64,000 nucleotides of DNA from Deltaproteobacteria bacterium (GTDB lineage Bacteria > Myxococcota > Kuafuiibacteriia > Kuafuiibacteriales > Kuafuiibacteriaceae): the NCBI GenBank assembly GCA_040218735.1, contig JAVJQW010000019.1, positions 128,001-192,000 of the forward strand, given 5' to 3'. A program made the position numbers and the translations under genes. The notes beneath the pieces were generated by a model, which worked only from the letters and a program-made list of their open reading frames with translations, did not search any database and had not been told where the DNA came from. Each line of letters opens with the position of its first letter. The first letter of the stretch is position 1. Positions 1 through 11,951 of this stretch are shown here, in pieces.

Positions 1-630
1 CTCGTCCCCTTCTTCGTAGACGGCGCGGTAGCGCTCGAACTGCGACGGCGACAGCTTCGACTTCGCGAATTCCTCGGGCACGCCGTCCACACTCATCGTG
101 GACGTCACCGTCTTCACCAGCGGCACCAACCCCACCGCCGCCCGCAGCACGGCGCCCCCGTGCTCGAGGTCGACATCGCTGATGTGCACGTGGTCGCCGC
201 TCGCCTTGAACAACCCCAGCAGCTCGAGCCGACGCGTCACCTCCGCGCGGTGTTTCATGAGCGGGTGCTCGCCCGAAGGCCTCGTCTTGGGCGCGAGCGC
301 CTCCGCCGCGAGCTGCCGCGCCGCCACGCCGTACGGCGCCCGCTTCGCCGCTCGTGCGCGTGCGAGCGCCTCCTCGTCGGCCGGACACGTCGCCTCAGAC
401 TCGATCGTGGGCGGGCGCGCGGCGACGGAGGTCCCGAAAGAGACCGCCGCGAGCACCGCTGCGACGGGCCCCCCGAAGCGCGCGAGCGTCGAGAGGCTCC
501 ACGCCGACGAGCGCTTCGGGACCGCGGCGGTGCGCGGCGCGTCGGGTTCGACGAGCCGCACCGGCGACGTGTCCGCCGCATTCCATTCGAGCGAACGAGG
601 GGGGACGGGATCGGCTCGACGCAGACGCAT
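1..630 (-). CDS. Hypothetical protein, partial (runs off left window edge)
   Basis: Not in the ORF track because its stop lies outside the window. ATG at 630 after GAGG; open frame MRLRRADPVPPRSLEW...VAAVLAAVSFGTSVAARPP...MKHRAEVTRRLELLGLF...YRAVYEEGDE with GC3-rich codons. Confidence 0.6.
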   Translation of the reverse strand, partial: MRLRRADPVPPRSLEWNAADTSPVRLVEPDAPRTAAVPKRSSAWSLSTLARFGGPVAAVLAAVSFGTSVAARPPTIESEATCPADEEALARARAAKRAPYGVAARQLAAEALAPKTRPSGEHPLMKHRAEVTRRLELLGLFKASGDHVHISDVDLEHGGAVLRAAVGLVPLVKTVTSTMSVDGVPEEFAKSKLSPSQFERYRAVYEEGDE

Positions 631-748
631 CGACCTCGTTATCGGTACCGTCGGTCGAGGCGCGCACGAGGTATCGATGTCACGCGTTCACGCTTCGCCG
701 AACGACGGTCGGAGCGCGTCGCTACGAAAGCGAAGGCCGGGTTGCCGA

Positions 749-1780
749 TTACGGGCCGATGGCGACAGGTACCGTGACGTCGCCCGTCGCGGGGAGCGTG
801 AAGGCCACGCTCTCGAGCTGGGTCGCCGGACACAGCTCGGCGACCAGCGGGGGCGTCTCCTCCGCGGGCTCCAGCGTATCGCACTCCAGGAACATCCCGT
901 TGACCGAACACCCGTCGGGGATGGTCGTCTCGTACGCGATGTCCACGCTGTAGCTGCCCGGCACCGCCGGCTGCGGAACCCCCGCGACGCGCGGCGCGGT
1001 CTGATCCGACACCGGCAACGCGCAGTGCTCCGTGTACGGCACCTCGACGAGCGCCCGCGCGTCCCACGTGATCGCGTGCGACATACCCGGGTCGACGCGA
1101 ACGTAGACCCGACCGTGGGGCTTGGGCGGCGGCGGGCACTCGCAGCCGCACTGGAAACCCAGGTTGCGCGACAGGCCGACGTCGAAGGCGTCGCAGAACG
1201 TCCCCTCGGTCATGACGTAGACCGCGAGGGTCGACGTGTTCGTGACGTCGAAGGTGACGGTCTGGCTCGAAGGGACCTCGCTCGGCACGCCGACCGCGAA
1301 CAGCGGCCAGACGAAACCGCTGTTGCCGGAGGCCGTGGCGCGGAGCTGCGTCTCGACGGCGCCAGGCGCAGACGGTGCGAAGCTCGCCGTGACGACGAGC
1401 TCACTCGCGCTGGTGGGGAGCGTCGGACCCGAGATCGCGATGTCGGCGGCCGGCGGGTCGAGCGCGAGCGCGGTGGTGTTGCAGCTGCCGACCTCGGTGC
1501 GCCACACGAAGGTGACGGTCGAGGTGTCGCCGATCGTCACGACCCCCAGGTCCGACCCGAACGAGTGATTGAGTGCGCACGGGAGGCCGGCGTCCGCGAA
1601 GCCGGCGTCGGCGACCGTGACGCCGCCGTCGCGACCCGCGTCACGAGGACCGGCGTCACGAGGGCCGGCGTCGCGGTTCTGTCCGTTGGCGCCGCCATTG
1701 CCGTTGCCGTGGTCGATGATGTCCATGGAACAGGCGGCGAGCGTGAGGAGGGCACAGTAGGTGGGGGCCCGTTTCATCAT
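749..1780 (-). CDS. Putative lipoprotein with RDAGP low-complexity linker and Cys-rich C-terminal region
   Basis: Lipobox-like MKRAPTYCALLTLAAC; RDAGP repeats; codon bias favours this strand over the antisense ORFs. Confidence 0.7.
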   Translation of the reverse strand: MMKRAPTYCALLTLAACSMDIIDHGNGNGGANGQNRDAGPRDAGPRDAGRDGGVTVADAGFADAGLPCALNHSFGSDLGVVTIGDTSTVTFVWRTEVGSCNTTALALDPPAADIAISGPTLPTSASELVVTASFAPSAPGAVETQLRATASGNSGFVWPLFAVGVPSEVPSSQTVTFDVTNTSTLAVYVMTEGTFCDAFDVGLSRNLGFQCGCECPPPPKPHGRVYVRVDPGMSHAITWDARALVEVPYTEHCALPVSDQTAPRVAGVPQPAVPGSYSVDIAYETTIPDGCSVNGMFLECDTLEPAEETPPLVAELCPATQLESVAFTLPATGDVTVPVAIGP

Positions 1781-1850
1781 GCCCAGATCACGCGAATCGA
1801 CGCCCCGAGTTTCCTAGCGGGCGTCGATTCGGGCCCCTCGGAGGGTAGCC

Positions 1851-2942
1851 CTACGGGCCCGACGCGACCAGGGCCGGCCCGCGGCGAAGCCGACGGCGGT
1901 ACTCACTCGGCGTCGTCTTCGTCCAGCGCTTGAACGCGCGCCGGAAGGCGCGGGTGTCGGCGTAGTCGAGCGCGATGGCGATGTCCTGCACCGACTCAGT
2001 TCCCGCGAGCATCTGACGCGCGCGCTCCTCGCGGATCTCGCGGAGGAGCTGCTGGAACGTCACGCCCTCGCGCTGCAAGCGGTCCTGCAGCGTGCGCGGG
2101 CTGAGCCCCATGCGCGCGCCGCACTTCGTCACCGTGAGGGCGTCGCCGTCGTCGAGGTTCGCCTCGAGCGTCTGGCGAACGAGCGCCGTCGAGGTGGGCG
2201 GCGGGACGAAGTCGTCTATCTTGTGGCGCAGGCCGCGCTCGAGGACGTCGCACAGCACCGGGTCGGCGTCGCGCATCGGTAGCTGCAAGACATCTTGCGG
2301 GATGACGATCTCCGGCGACGCCGAAGTGGCCACGACCGGCGCACCGATCGCCGCGCTGAGGGCCTCGACGTGACGCGGGTCCGCGAAGTCGACGCGCACC
2401 TCGCGCGGGCTCCACACGTACGACGTCGCGGAGCGCGCGACGCGCAACACGCTGGTCAGCGCAAACGCGGCGGCGGTGTCGGCGACGCGCGTCCCTCGGC
2501 CGTGAGGCTCGAGGTAACGGAGCACGAAGTCGCCGTCCGTCTTCAGCTCGAAGATCGGCGCACCGTGGAGGATCGCGTTGTAGCGCGCGAACGCGCGGAA
2601 CGCGTCGGCGAGCGTGGCGCTCGTGCGGAACACGTACTCCACCTCCTGGAAGTCACCCCGCGCGATCGCCTCCGCGACCGCAGGGCCGAAGTTCACGCAA
2701 TCGACCTCGTCGAGCACTCGCTCCCAGATGCGGTGTTCGATCGCACACGCCACGTACGCGTCGGGCGCGGCGAGCGCGGTACGTGAGATGCCGACCTCGT
2801 CGAGGATCCGATCCACGTCGACCCCGCGCGCCTCGGCGACACCGACGAGGGCGCGCACGATGGCCGCGGTGACGTAGCTCTTCGGCGTGGACGCCGCGAA
2901 ACGGCGCGATTCGATACGATGGCGAGTCTGCACGTCGTTCAT
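1851..2942 (-). CDS. AraC-family transcriptional regulator
   Basis: C-terminal AraC double HTH (MGLSPRTLQDRLQREGVTFQQLL...IAIALDYADTRAFRRAFKRWTKTTPSEYRR). Start placed at MNDVQ inside the longer ORF 1851..3977. Confidence 0.9.
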   Translation of the reverse strand: MNDVQTRHRIESRRFAASTPKSYVTAAIVRALVGVAEARGVDVDRILDEVGISRTALAAPDAYVACAIEHRIWERVLDEVDCVNFGPAVAEAIARGDFQEVEYVFRTSATLADAFRAFARYNAILHGAPIFELKTDGDFVLRYLEPHGRGTRVADTAAAFALTSVLRVARSATSYVWSPREVRVDFADPRHVEALSAAIGAPVVATSASPEIVIPQDVLQLPMRDADPVLCDVLERGLRHKIDDFVPPPTSTALVRQTLEANLDDGDALTVTKCGARMGLSPRTLQDRLQREGVTFQQLLREIREERARQMLAGTESVQDIAIALDYADTRAFRRAFKRWTKTTPSEYRRRLRRGPALVASGP

Positions 2943-2955
2943 GACCCGGCTCGGT

Positions 2956-2971
2956 TGCAAGCTCGGATCCA
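2956..2971 (-). promoter_or_regulatory. Possible sigma54 -24/-12 element for the AraC gene
   Basis: Minus strand tGGatccgagcttGCa (GG-N10-GC), about 13 nt before the ATG. Confidence 0.35.
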
Positions 2972-3100
2972 CCCACGCAACAAACGGGACCGCGCACGAG
3001 GCCTGTGTCATTCCGCCCCACGCTGCCCGTTGGCGCCGCGACAGAAGCGCACGGCCCAAGTGTCTCGCCGAGCTCCGACCCGTAGTTCCCGACCGGCACA

Positions 3101-4672
3101 CTAGAGTGCGACGAAGATCGAAGCGCCCCCCTCGGGCCGTCGCTCCGCGCGCGCGTCGCCGCCGTGGGCGCGCGCGATCGCGCGGACCGTCGCGAGCCCG
3201 AGCCCCGTGCCCCCGCGGGTGCGCTCCGTGCTGTGAAAGCGCTCGAACGCGCGGTCGAAGTGCCCCTCGGGCAGCACCGGCCCGTGGTCCCTGACTTCCA
3301 GGAGCCGCCCCTTCGCAGCGTCGCGCACGAAGACGTCGGCCGCACCGCCGTGGCGAAGCGCGTTGTCGAGGAGGTTCGTGACGAGGGTGTCGAGGAGCTC
3401 GGGTGCGTAGGTGATCGTCCGGTCCTTCGCGTCGAAGTGCACCACGACCTCGCCGCCGTGGCGTCGGTAGCGCTCCACGACGCCGTCGAGGAACCCGGCG
3501 AGATCGAACGTCTCGCGGACGGGTTTCGTCGACTCGATGCGGGCGAGGTCGAGGATGCGCAGCACGAGCCCGTCCATGCGGAGCGCGTCGCTTCGGATGT
3601 TCTCGAGGAACCGCTTCTGCTGCGCTTCCGACATCGTGTCGGCGTCTTCGATCAACAGCTCCGCCGCGCCGCGCAGCGAGGTCAGCGGCGTCTTCAGCTC
3701 GTGGGCCGTGTTCGCCGCGAACTCGCGGATGTACTCCGCGCGGGTCTCCAGCTGGTCGCGCATCTTCTGAATGGAATGCGACAGCGCGTGGATCTCCTGC
3801 GGAGCGATCCGACCCACGCGGTGCGACTCGACGTCGGCCCCCTCCGCGACGTCCTCCGCGTGGCGGCGCAGCCGTGACAGCGGACCGGCGATCGTCGCGG
3901 TGACGAACGCGACGATCGTGAACGTGATCAACAACGACAACAGCAGCGGCAGGTACAGCCGCTCTCGCCACTGCCACAGCGCCTTCGTCGTGTTGAGCGG
4001 CGTTCGGTTGTTGTACACCGCGCCGATCACCCGCGCCCCCGTCCCGACGCGCGCGTAGGGGTCTTCGAAGATCGGCACCGCGAGGGACACCCGCAGCCGC
4101 GCCGCACGGCTCAGACTCGATAGCGGCGGATCCGGTTCGTCGGAGAAGCGCTTGCGCAACACCGGTGCGTAGTCCCCGCGCAAGGCAGCTTGCACCTCGT
4201 GCAGGTGCGCGAGGCTGTACCCGGTCTGGCGCATCGACGACGCCACGACGATCCCCTCCGCGTTCACCACGCGCGCGCCGGTGAGGTTGCGAATCACCGT
4301 GCGTTCCAGGAGCGGCGTCACCGAGGCGCCCGCCTGCGTCGACGTCGACACCGCACCGACGCGCGTCGCGGGCCCGAGGATCGGCGACTTCGTGAACTCC
4401 AGCTGCGCGCGGTACGGCAGGTACGGTTCGTAACCTCGCTGTAGCGGATCGCGGAGCGGCCGCATCGCGGTGTCGGGATCCAACACCCGGCGGTACACCT
4501 CGCCGATCACGACGGCCTCGGAGACGAGCACCTCTTCGGTCTGGCGGATCAGCGCGCCCTCGTAGAGGCGCAGGACACCGACGAGGAGGAACGGCAGCAC
4601 GAGCACCAGCAGGAACAGCACCGACAGGAGGGTGCGGACCCGCGGCGCCCAGACGACCTTCGACTTGTTCAT
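3101..4672 (-). CDS. Membrane sensor histidine kinase (HAMP-HisKA-HATPase; CreC/ChvG-like)
   Basis: Two TM segments; H-box AHELKTPLTSL; N-box NLLDNALRHG; G-boxes DHGP and GGTGLGL. ATGA overlap with the upstream regulator. Confidence 0.9.
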   Translation of the reverse strand: MNKSKVVWAPRVRTLLSVLFLLVLVLPFLLVGVLRLYEGALIRQTEEVLVSEAVVIGEVYRRVLDPDTAMRPLRDPLQRGYEPYLPYRAQLEFTKSPILGPATRVGAVSTSTQAGASVTPLLERTVIRNLTGARVVNAEGIVVASSMRQTGYSLAHLHEVQAALRGDYAPVLRKRFSDEPDPPLSSLSRAARLRVSLAVPIFEDPYARVGTGARVIGAVYNNRTPLNTTKALWQWRERLYLPLLLSLLITFTIVAFVTATIAGPLSRLRRHAEDVAEGADVESHRVGRIAPQEIHALSHSIQKMRDQLETRAEYIREFAANTAHELKTPLTSLRGAAELLIEDADTMSEAQQKRFLENIRSDALRMDGLVLRILDLARIESTKPVRETFDLAGFLDGVVERYRRHGGEVVVHFDAKDRTITYAPELLDTLVTNLLDNALRHGGAADVFVRDAAKGRLLEVRDHGPVLPEGHFDRAFERFHSTERTRGGTGLGLATVRAIARAHGGDARAERRPEGGASIFVAL

Positions 4673-5361
4673 TCCCCGGGCACGCAGGTGCCGAGGCGGT
4701 AGCCGAGCCCGAACACCGTCTCGATCGGCTGGCTCCCCGAGTCGAACTTCTTCCGGATGCGTTTGACGTGGGTGTCGATCGTCCGCTCCGTCACGTGGTT
4801 GTCGAAGCGGTAGGCGCGCTCCACGAGCTCCGCCCGTGTGTACACCTTGCCGGGGTGACGGATCAGCGCTTCGAGGAGGCCGAACTCCGTCACCGTCAGC
4901 ACCACCGGGCGACCGTTCCACGACACCTCGAAACGCTCGGCGTCCAGCACGAGCTTCCCGTGAGTCTTCGCCTCGCTCGACGCGGGCGGTGACGCCGACA
5001 TCTCGACCCGCCGCAGCATCGCCTTGACGCGCGCGACGAGCTCGCGCTTGGAGAACGGCTTGGTGATGTAGTCGTCGCCGCCGACCTCCAGGCCGATGAT
5101 CTTGTCGATCTCCTCGTCCTTCGCGGAGAGGAACAACACCGGCACGGCGCTGCTCGTCCTCAGGCGCCGGCACACCTCGATGCCGTCGAGGCCCGGCATC
5201 ATGATGTCGAGGACCACGAGCTCGGGCTCCTCGGCGAGCGCGGCTTCGAGGCCCTTGTTGCCGTCCTCGCGCGCCACCACGACGTGCCCCGCGCTCTCGA
5301 GCGCGTACTGGACGACCTCGCGGATGTGGGGGTCGTCGTCGACGATCAGGATCTTGGCCAC
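4669..5361 (-). CDS. OmpR/PhoB-family response regulator
   Basis: KILIVDDD, LDIMMPGLDG, DDYITKPF, winged helix RTIDTHVKRIRKK...IETVFGLGY; GTG start at 5361. Confidence 0.92.
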   Translation of the reverse strand: MAKILIVDDDPHIREVVQYALESAGHVVVAREDGNKGLEAALAEEPELVVLDIMMPGLDGIEVCRRLRTSSAVPVLFLSAKDEEIDKIIGLEVGGDDYITKPFSKRELVARVKAMLRRVEMSASPPASSEAKTHGKLVLDAERFEVSWNGRPVVLTVTEFGLLEALIRHPGKVYTRAELVERAYRFDNHVTERTIDTHVKRIRKKFDSGSQPIETVFGLGYRLGTCVPGE

Positions 5362-5933
5362 TTCGCTCGCTCCAGGAACGCCTCGCCGCGCGGGGACAGA
5401 CGGTACCCCACCTTCAGGCTCTCCGTGAGCCCCAGCGCCTTGAGCTTCCGAACGTCCGTCTTGAACGGCTTCGTCTCGCGCCCCATCAGCTCCGCGAGCT
5501 CGGGCGCCCGGCGGGCTGGGAACTTCGCAATCAGGCGCAGCGTCCGCTCGGTCCACGCCCCGTAGCTCGACGCGGTATCGTAGCGCTGCATCCGCTTCTC
5601 CAGGTCCGCGACGGTATCCTCGTCGAGGGCGGCGTCGTTCCGCAGCGCGATGCGCGGATCCTCACCGGCGTGTTTCACGCGCACGCGGTACAGCGTGCCC
5701 TCCCGGCCGGCCATGGAGTCGAGGACGTCCTGGACCGAATCGAACCCCGCCCGCCGCGCCGCGCGCGTCGTGATGGCGTCCTCCTCGACCGCGTCGACCG
5801 CGAGGATCTCGAGCACGCCGATCTTGGTCTTGAGCGTCCCGCCCTTCTTCACCGTCGGCCGCTTCTGACGGCGGAACACGAGGTCGACGTCCCCCGCCTC
5901 GATCGCCTGGAGCACGGCTTGTTTCAGGAGCAT
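5346..5933 (-). CDS. ASCH/PUA-like domain protein with C-terminal helical/HTH-like region
   Basis: N-terminus AIEAGDVDLVFRRQKRPTVKKGG...ARRAGF resembles ASCH; C-terminal FKTDVRKLKALGLTESLKVGYRLSPRG. Confidence 0.65.
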   Translation of the reverse strand: MLLKQAVLQAIEAGDVDLVFRRQKRPTVKKGGTLKTKIGVLEILAVDAVEEDAITTRAARRAGFDSVQDVLDSMAGREGTLYRVRVKHAGEDPRIALRNDAALDEDTVADLEKRMQRYDTASSYGAWTERTLRLIAKFPARRAPELAELMGRETKPFKTDVRKLKALGLTESLKVGYRLSPRGEAFLERAKWPRS

Positions 5934-6007
5934 CCGGGCGCCAGCCTACCTTGGGGCATGGATAGGGCGCGACAGCGCGCTCGAAGTTTGGGTAGGATTC
6001 GGGCGCG

Positions 6008-8254
<2,247 letters not shown>

Positions 8255-8320
8255 TTCCGACGTCCGGGTCGCTCCCTGACGCGCCGCAGCGCCGCGGTGT
8301 GACCCGCGCCCACCAATGGG

Positions 8321-10129
8321 GTGAAATTTCCTGGCGTTCGATGCCATGATGCGACGGAAGTGTCGGACGAGTTCGAAGCCGGCATGCTGGTGGGGCGCTA
8401 CCAGCTGCTCTTCCGCCTAGGGAAAGGCGGGATGGGCGAGGTCTGGGCCGCGACGGTGAACCAGTCCCAGTTCGACTTCCAGAAGCAGATCGCGCTCAAG
8501 CTCCTCCGCAGCAAAGACCTGCACACCAACGCCGCGACGATGTTCCGCGACGAGGCCAAGGCCGCCTCCGAGCTGCAGCACTCCGCGATCGTCTCCACCG
8601 TCGACCTCGGTCAGGACGGCGACATCCTCTTCATCGCGATGGACATGGTGCGCGGGCCCAGCCTGACCGCGCTGCTCCAGCGGCTGGTGATCAACAAGCG
8701 CAAGATGTCGCCGGGGATCGTCGCGTACATCGGCAAACAGATATCGAGCGCGCTTCACTACGCGCACGACCGCGCGGTCGTGGACGGACAGAAGCTGAAG
8801 CTCGTGCACCGCGACGTCTCGCCGCACAACGTCCTGCTCGACCTCAACGGGTCGATCAAGCTCACCGACTTCGGCGTCGCGCGGACCGCGATCCAGGAGC
8901 ACCTGTCGCACGTCGGCACGGTGCGCGGAAAGCCAAGTTACATGGCGCCCGAGCAGGTCGCGGGCGCGGACATCGACGCACGCACCGACGTGTTCGCGCT
9001 GGGCATCGTGCTCTACGAGAGCTCGTGTCTGAAGCGGCTGTTCGGCCGATCGAACCCGGTCAAGTCGATGGACGCGGTGATGAAACACAAGCCGCGCCCG
9101 CTGACGGAGATCGATCCCTCGTTCCCCGAGCCAATGTGGCTGGTGATCGAGAAGGCGCTGAAGAAGAACCCGGAGCATCGCTTCGCCAACGCAGGCGAGA
9201 TGCACGACGCCCTCGAAGCCGCGAGCCGCGGCCTCGACGGCGCGACGAGCGCGCCGCGTGATCTCGTGGAGCTGATCGGCAAGAACTTCGAGCCGGACGC
9301 GTTCGACATCGACTCGCGCGTGCAGGAGATCCTCGCCGAGGTCGGCATGAAGGAGCGCCGCGAGGTCGGGCTCCCCGCGCCCACGACGCAGGACGCAGAG
9401 CCGGTGGTGCAAGGCATCCAGCCGCCGATGGTCGGCACGAAGGTCGCGTGGCCGTCGGCGCACGCGCCCGACCCGCTGGCGCCCGAGGCGATCGAAGAGG
9501 CGCGAACGCAGTTCCGCGCGCTGACGCCCTCGGCGTCCGCGGCGATGCTCCCCGCGATCTCGAGCGACGGCTTCACGCCGTCGGGCATCGAGATGACGCC
9601 GGTCGGCACACACAGCGCGTACTTCCAGCCGCCGCCCGCGCGAAAGAAGTGGCTGGTCCCGGCGCTGGTTTTGTCGAGCGCCGCCATCGTGATGATCGGG
9701 ACGGTCGCGGTCGTCCTGCAGACGCGCGACAAAGCGATCGAGCAGAGCACCGCGCAGCGCGTGGAGCCGCCGCCGCCGCCCGCCGCCGCGGTGGGCGTCT
9801 CGCAGAAGGAGCTCCCGCCGCCTCCGCCGCCACCCCCGCCGCCCGTCGCGAAGGCGGACCCCGAACCGAAGCGCGCGCCGGCGCCACCGCCGAAGACCGT
9901 CACCACGAAGCGCAAGGCGCCGCCGCCGCCGCCCCCTCCGCCGAAGAAGGTCGCCGACGCGACCTACGCCGAGGTGCTCGACCTCGTCACGCGCGTGAAG
10001 CGCATCGACCCCGACAAGGGCCGCGCGATGTTCCCGTCCCTGATCGAAGCCGGCCGCTCCAACACCAAGGAGCTCAACCGCCTCCGCGCCGAGGCGAAGA
10101 GCATCCTCGCGAAGAGCAACGGCGGCTGA
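8321..10129 (+). CDS. Transmembrane Ser/Thr protein kinase with Pro-rich C-terminal region
   Basis: GKGGMGEV, HRDVSPHN, DFG, YMAPEQ; TM WLVPALVLSSAAIVMIGTVAVVL. True start may be GTG at 8360. Confidence 0.9.
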   Translation: MKFPGVRCHDATEVSDEFEAGMLVGRYQLLFRLGKGGMGEVWAATVNQSQFDFQKQIALKLLRSKDLHTNAATMFRDEAKAASELQHSAIVSTVDLGQDGDILFIAMDMVRGPSLTALLQRLVINKRKMSPGIVAYIGKQISSALHYAHDRAVVDGQKLKLVHRDVSPHNVLLDLNGSIKLTDFGVARTAIQEHLSHVGTVRGKPSYMAPEQVAGADIDARTDVFALGIVLYESSCLKRLFGRSNPVKSMDAVMKHKPRPLTEIDPSFPEPMWLVIEKALKKNPEHRFANAGEMHDALEAASRGLDGATSAPRDLVELIGKNFEPDAFDIDSRVQEILAEVGMKERREVGLPAPTTQDAEPVVQGIQPPMVGTKVAWPSAHAPDPLAPEAIEEARTQFRALTPSASAAMLPAISSDGFTPSGIEMTPVGTHSAYFQPPPARKKWLVPALVLSSAAIVMIGTVAVVLQTRDKAIEQSTAQRVEPPPPPAAAVGVSQKELPPPPPPPPPPVAKADPEPKRAPAPPPKTVTTKRKAPPPPPPPPKKVADATYAEVLDLVTRVKRIDPDKGRAMFPSLIEAGRSNTKELNRLRAEAKSILAKSNGG

Positions 10130-10186
10130 GCGCGCACATCGCGTCCGCTTCGGTCCGGCTGCGAGCTGCCCGCTCGACGCTGCCGG

Positions 10187-11107
10187 CTACATGGGGCAGA
10201 CGTCTTCGGTCGGCGCGATGCAGAGTCGGATCGATCGGTCCGACGGGCGCAGCAGGAAGAACGTCGCGACGCCCGCGCCCACCACCGCGGCGCCGATGGC
10301 GCCCCAGAACAACGGGCTCGAAGTGATGCCGCCGGCGGGCTCGGCGAGGATGGTGTTCACGTTCGCGGCGCGGTCGGGCGTGAGGGTGACGGTGCCGGTC
10401 CACGGGACGTAACCCGCCTTCTTGATCGTGACCTCGTAGGTGCCGGGGATCATCCGCTTGAGCTCACACGGCGACGCACACGCGCGGCCGCCGATGGAGA
10501 CCTCGGCGTTGGCGGGCTCGGTCTGGATCGTGACGGCGGCGATCTGGTTCCAGACGGTGGTCGGGAACACCTGCGCGAGCTGCTGCTCCATCGCGCCGAA
10601 CATCGACATGCCGACCGGGACCTCGTCGCCCGTCGCGCCGAGCTCTTGCTCCGTCTTCACGTCGACGAGGCGGAAGCCGAGCAGGAGGCCCTGGTCGAGG
10701 CGGTCGACCGAAACCGTGAGGAGCTGGTCGATCGCGCCGGAGTTGATGCGCACCTTGCGGGCGAAGCAGTCCGCCTTGCCGGCGCACTCGCGGATGGCGG
10801 CTTCACGCTCGGCGAGGCCGATGGCGTCGAGCGGCGCGACGTTCATCGCGGTGTGACCTTCGATCGCCTTGCGGGCGTCGGAGTAGATGTTCGACAGCGC
10901 GAGCCCCGCCTCCTCACCGGAGAGGATCAGAATCGCGACGGTGCCCGGGCGCGGCGGTGCCGGCGCCTGCGCGGCCAGGTTCGGGCCGGTGTCCGTGCGG
11001 GCCTGCGCGAGGACCGACGGACCCGCTGCGATCCCCGTCGCCGGGAGCATCGCGAGGCCCGCCGTGAGGCAGGCGATCAGCGCGTCGTACCGCATCGGGC
11101 GCATCAT
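10187..11107 (-). CDS. PEGA-domain protein with C-terminal TM anchor
   Basis: Signal peptide; PEGA motif IQTEPANAEVSIGG...PGTYEVTIKKAGY; C-terminal TM SPLFWGAIGAAVVGAGV. ATGA overlap with the upstream gene at 11104-11107. Confidence 0.8.
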   Translation of the reverse strand: MMRPMRYDALIACLTAGLAMLPATGIAAGPSVLAQARTDTGPNLAAQAPAPPRPGTVAILILSGEEAGLALSNIYSDARKAIEGHTAMNVAPLDAIGLAEREAAIRECAGKADCFARKVRINSGAIDQLLTVSVDRLDQGLLLGFRLVDVKTEQELGATGDEVPVGMSMFGAMEQQLAQVFPTTVWNQIAAVTIQTEPANAEVSIGGRACASPCELKRMIPGTYEVTIKKAGYVPWTGTVTLTPDRAANVNTILAEPAGGITSSPLFWGAIGAAVVGAGVATFFLLRPSDRSIRLCIAPTEDVCPM

Positions 11108-11949
11108 ATTCCGGAGCCGACTTTCACGCGAGGCACGAACTGCTCCCCGCGTTCGAGGAGCTTCGCCTCGGTCTTCACCCGGACGACGTCGAACAGCGAA
11201 CGGCGCCGCCGCGAACGATCCGCTTGGTGTTTGAGGTAGCGATCGAGGAATCGCATTCGATCCGCGCTCGTCACCAGACCGAGGTCGAGGAAGTCTCGGT
11301 TCAATCGCACGAGGTTCTTCAGCACCACGCCCGAGCGACGACCGTAGGGGCGCATCGACTCCAGGTCGAGGACGTAGAGCGCCTCCGGCGCGACGAGGAC
11401 GTTGCCGACGTGGAAGTCCGCGTGCAGGAGGCGCCGCGCGTGCATCGTCGCGAGCAAGCCCGCGACGCGGTCGATGAGCTGCCGTTTGTCCGTGTCTTCG
11501 AGGCCCGCGTCGCGGAGGCGTTCGAGCGTCGGCGCTTCCACGTACTCGGCGACGAACAGGCTCGGCGCGAAGCGCGGCCCACGTCGCCGCTCGAGGTACG
11601 CGAGCGGACGCGGCGTCGTGATGCCGAACGCCCGCAGCCGGTGCGACCACTCGAACGCCCGCCGAGCCCGCGACCCCTGGAACACCGCCACGGGCGACGC
11701 CCACCAGCGGATGTGATCGGCCGGCACGCGTTTGAGGACGAGGTCGAAGTCGCCGGCCTGGACCCGCACGGCGTTCGCGGAGAGCTGCCCGACCGGAGCG
11801 AAGTCGGCGGGGAGCGCGTCGACCCATTCGTCGGAGCGGAGCAGGCGACCAAGCTCGGGTGTGAGGAGGTCCCGCACGTCGGGGCGCGCGAGGCCGCGCC
11901 ACGCGTCGCCGGCGTCGTCGGTGAAGGCGAGGGGGGATTGGTAGCCCAA
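11104..11949 (-). CDS. Lipopolysaccharide kinase family protein (Kdo/WaaP/InaA-like)
   Basis: SRARRAF...FGITTPRPLAYLE, catalytic HADFHVGNVL and LDLES motifs. Confidence 0.8.
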   Translation of the reverse strand: MGYQSPLAFTDDAGDAWRGLARPDVRDLLTPELGRLLRSDEWVDALPADFAPVGQLSANAVRVQAGDFDLVLKRVPADHIRWWASPVAVFQGSRARRAFEWSHRLRAFGITTPRPLAYLERRRGPRFAPSLFVAEYVEAPTLERLRDAGLEDTDKRQLIDRVAGLLATMHARRLLHADFHVGNVLVAPEALYVLDLESMRPYGRRSGVVLKNLVRLNRDFLDLGLVTSADRMRFLDRYLKHQADRSRRRRSLFDVVRVKTEAKLLERGEQFVPRVKVGSGI

Positions 11950-11951
11950 GG

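Noticed and set aside
690-720. Operator-like ccgaacgacgg-tcggagcg upstream of the first gene
   Set aside because: Weak match, wrong orientation and no associated sigma54-like element.
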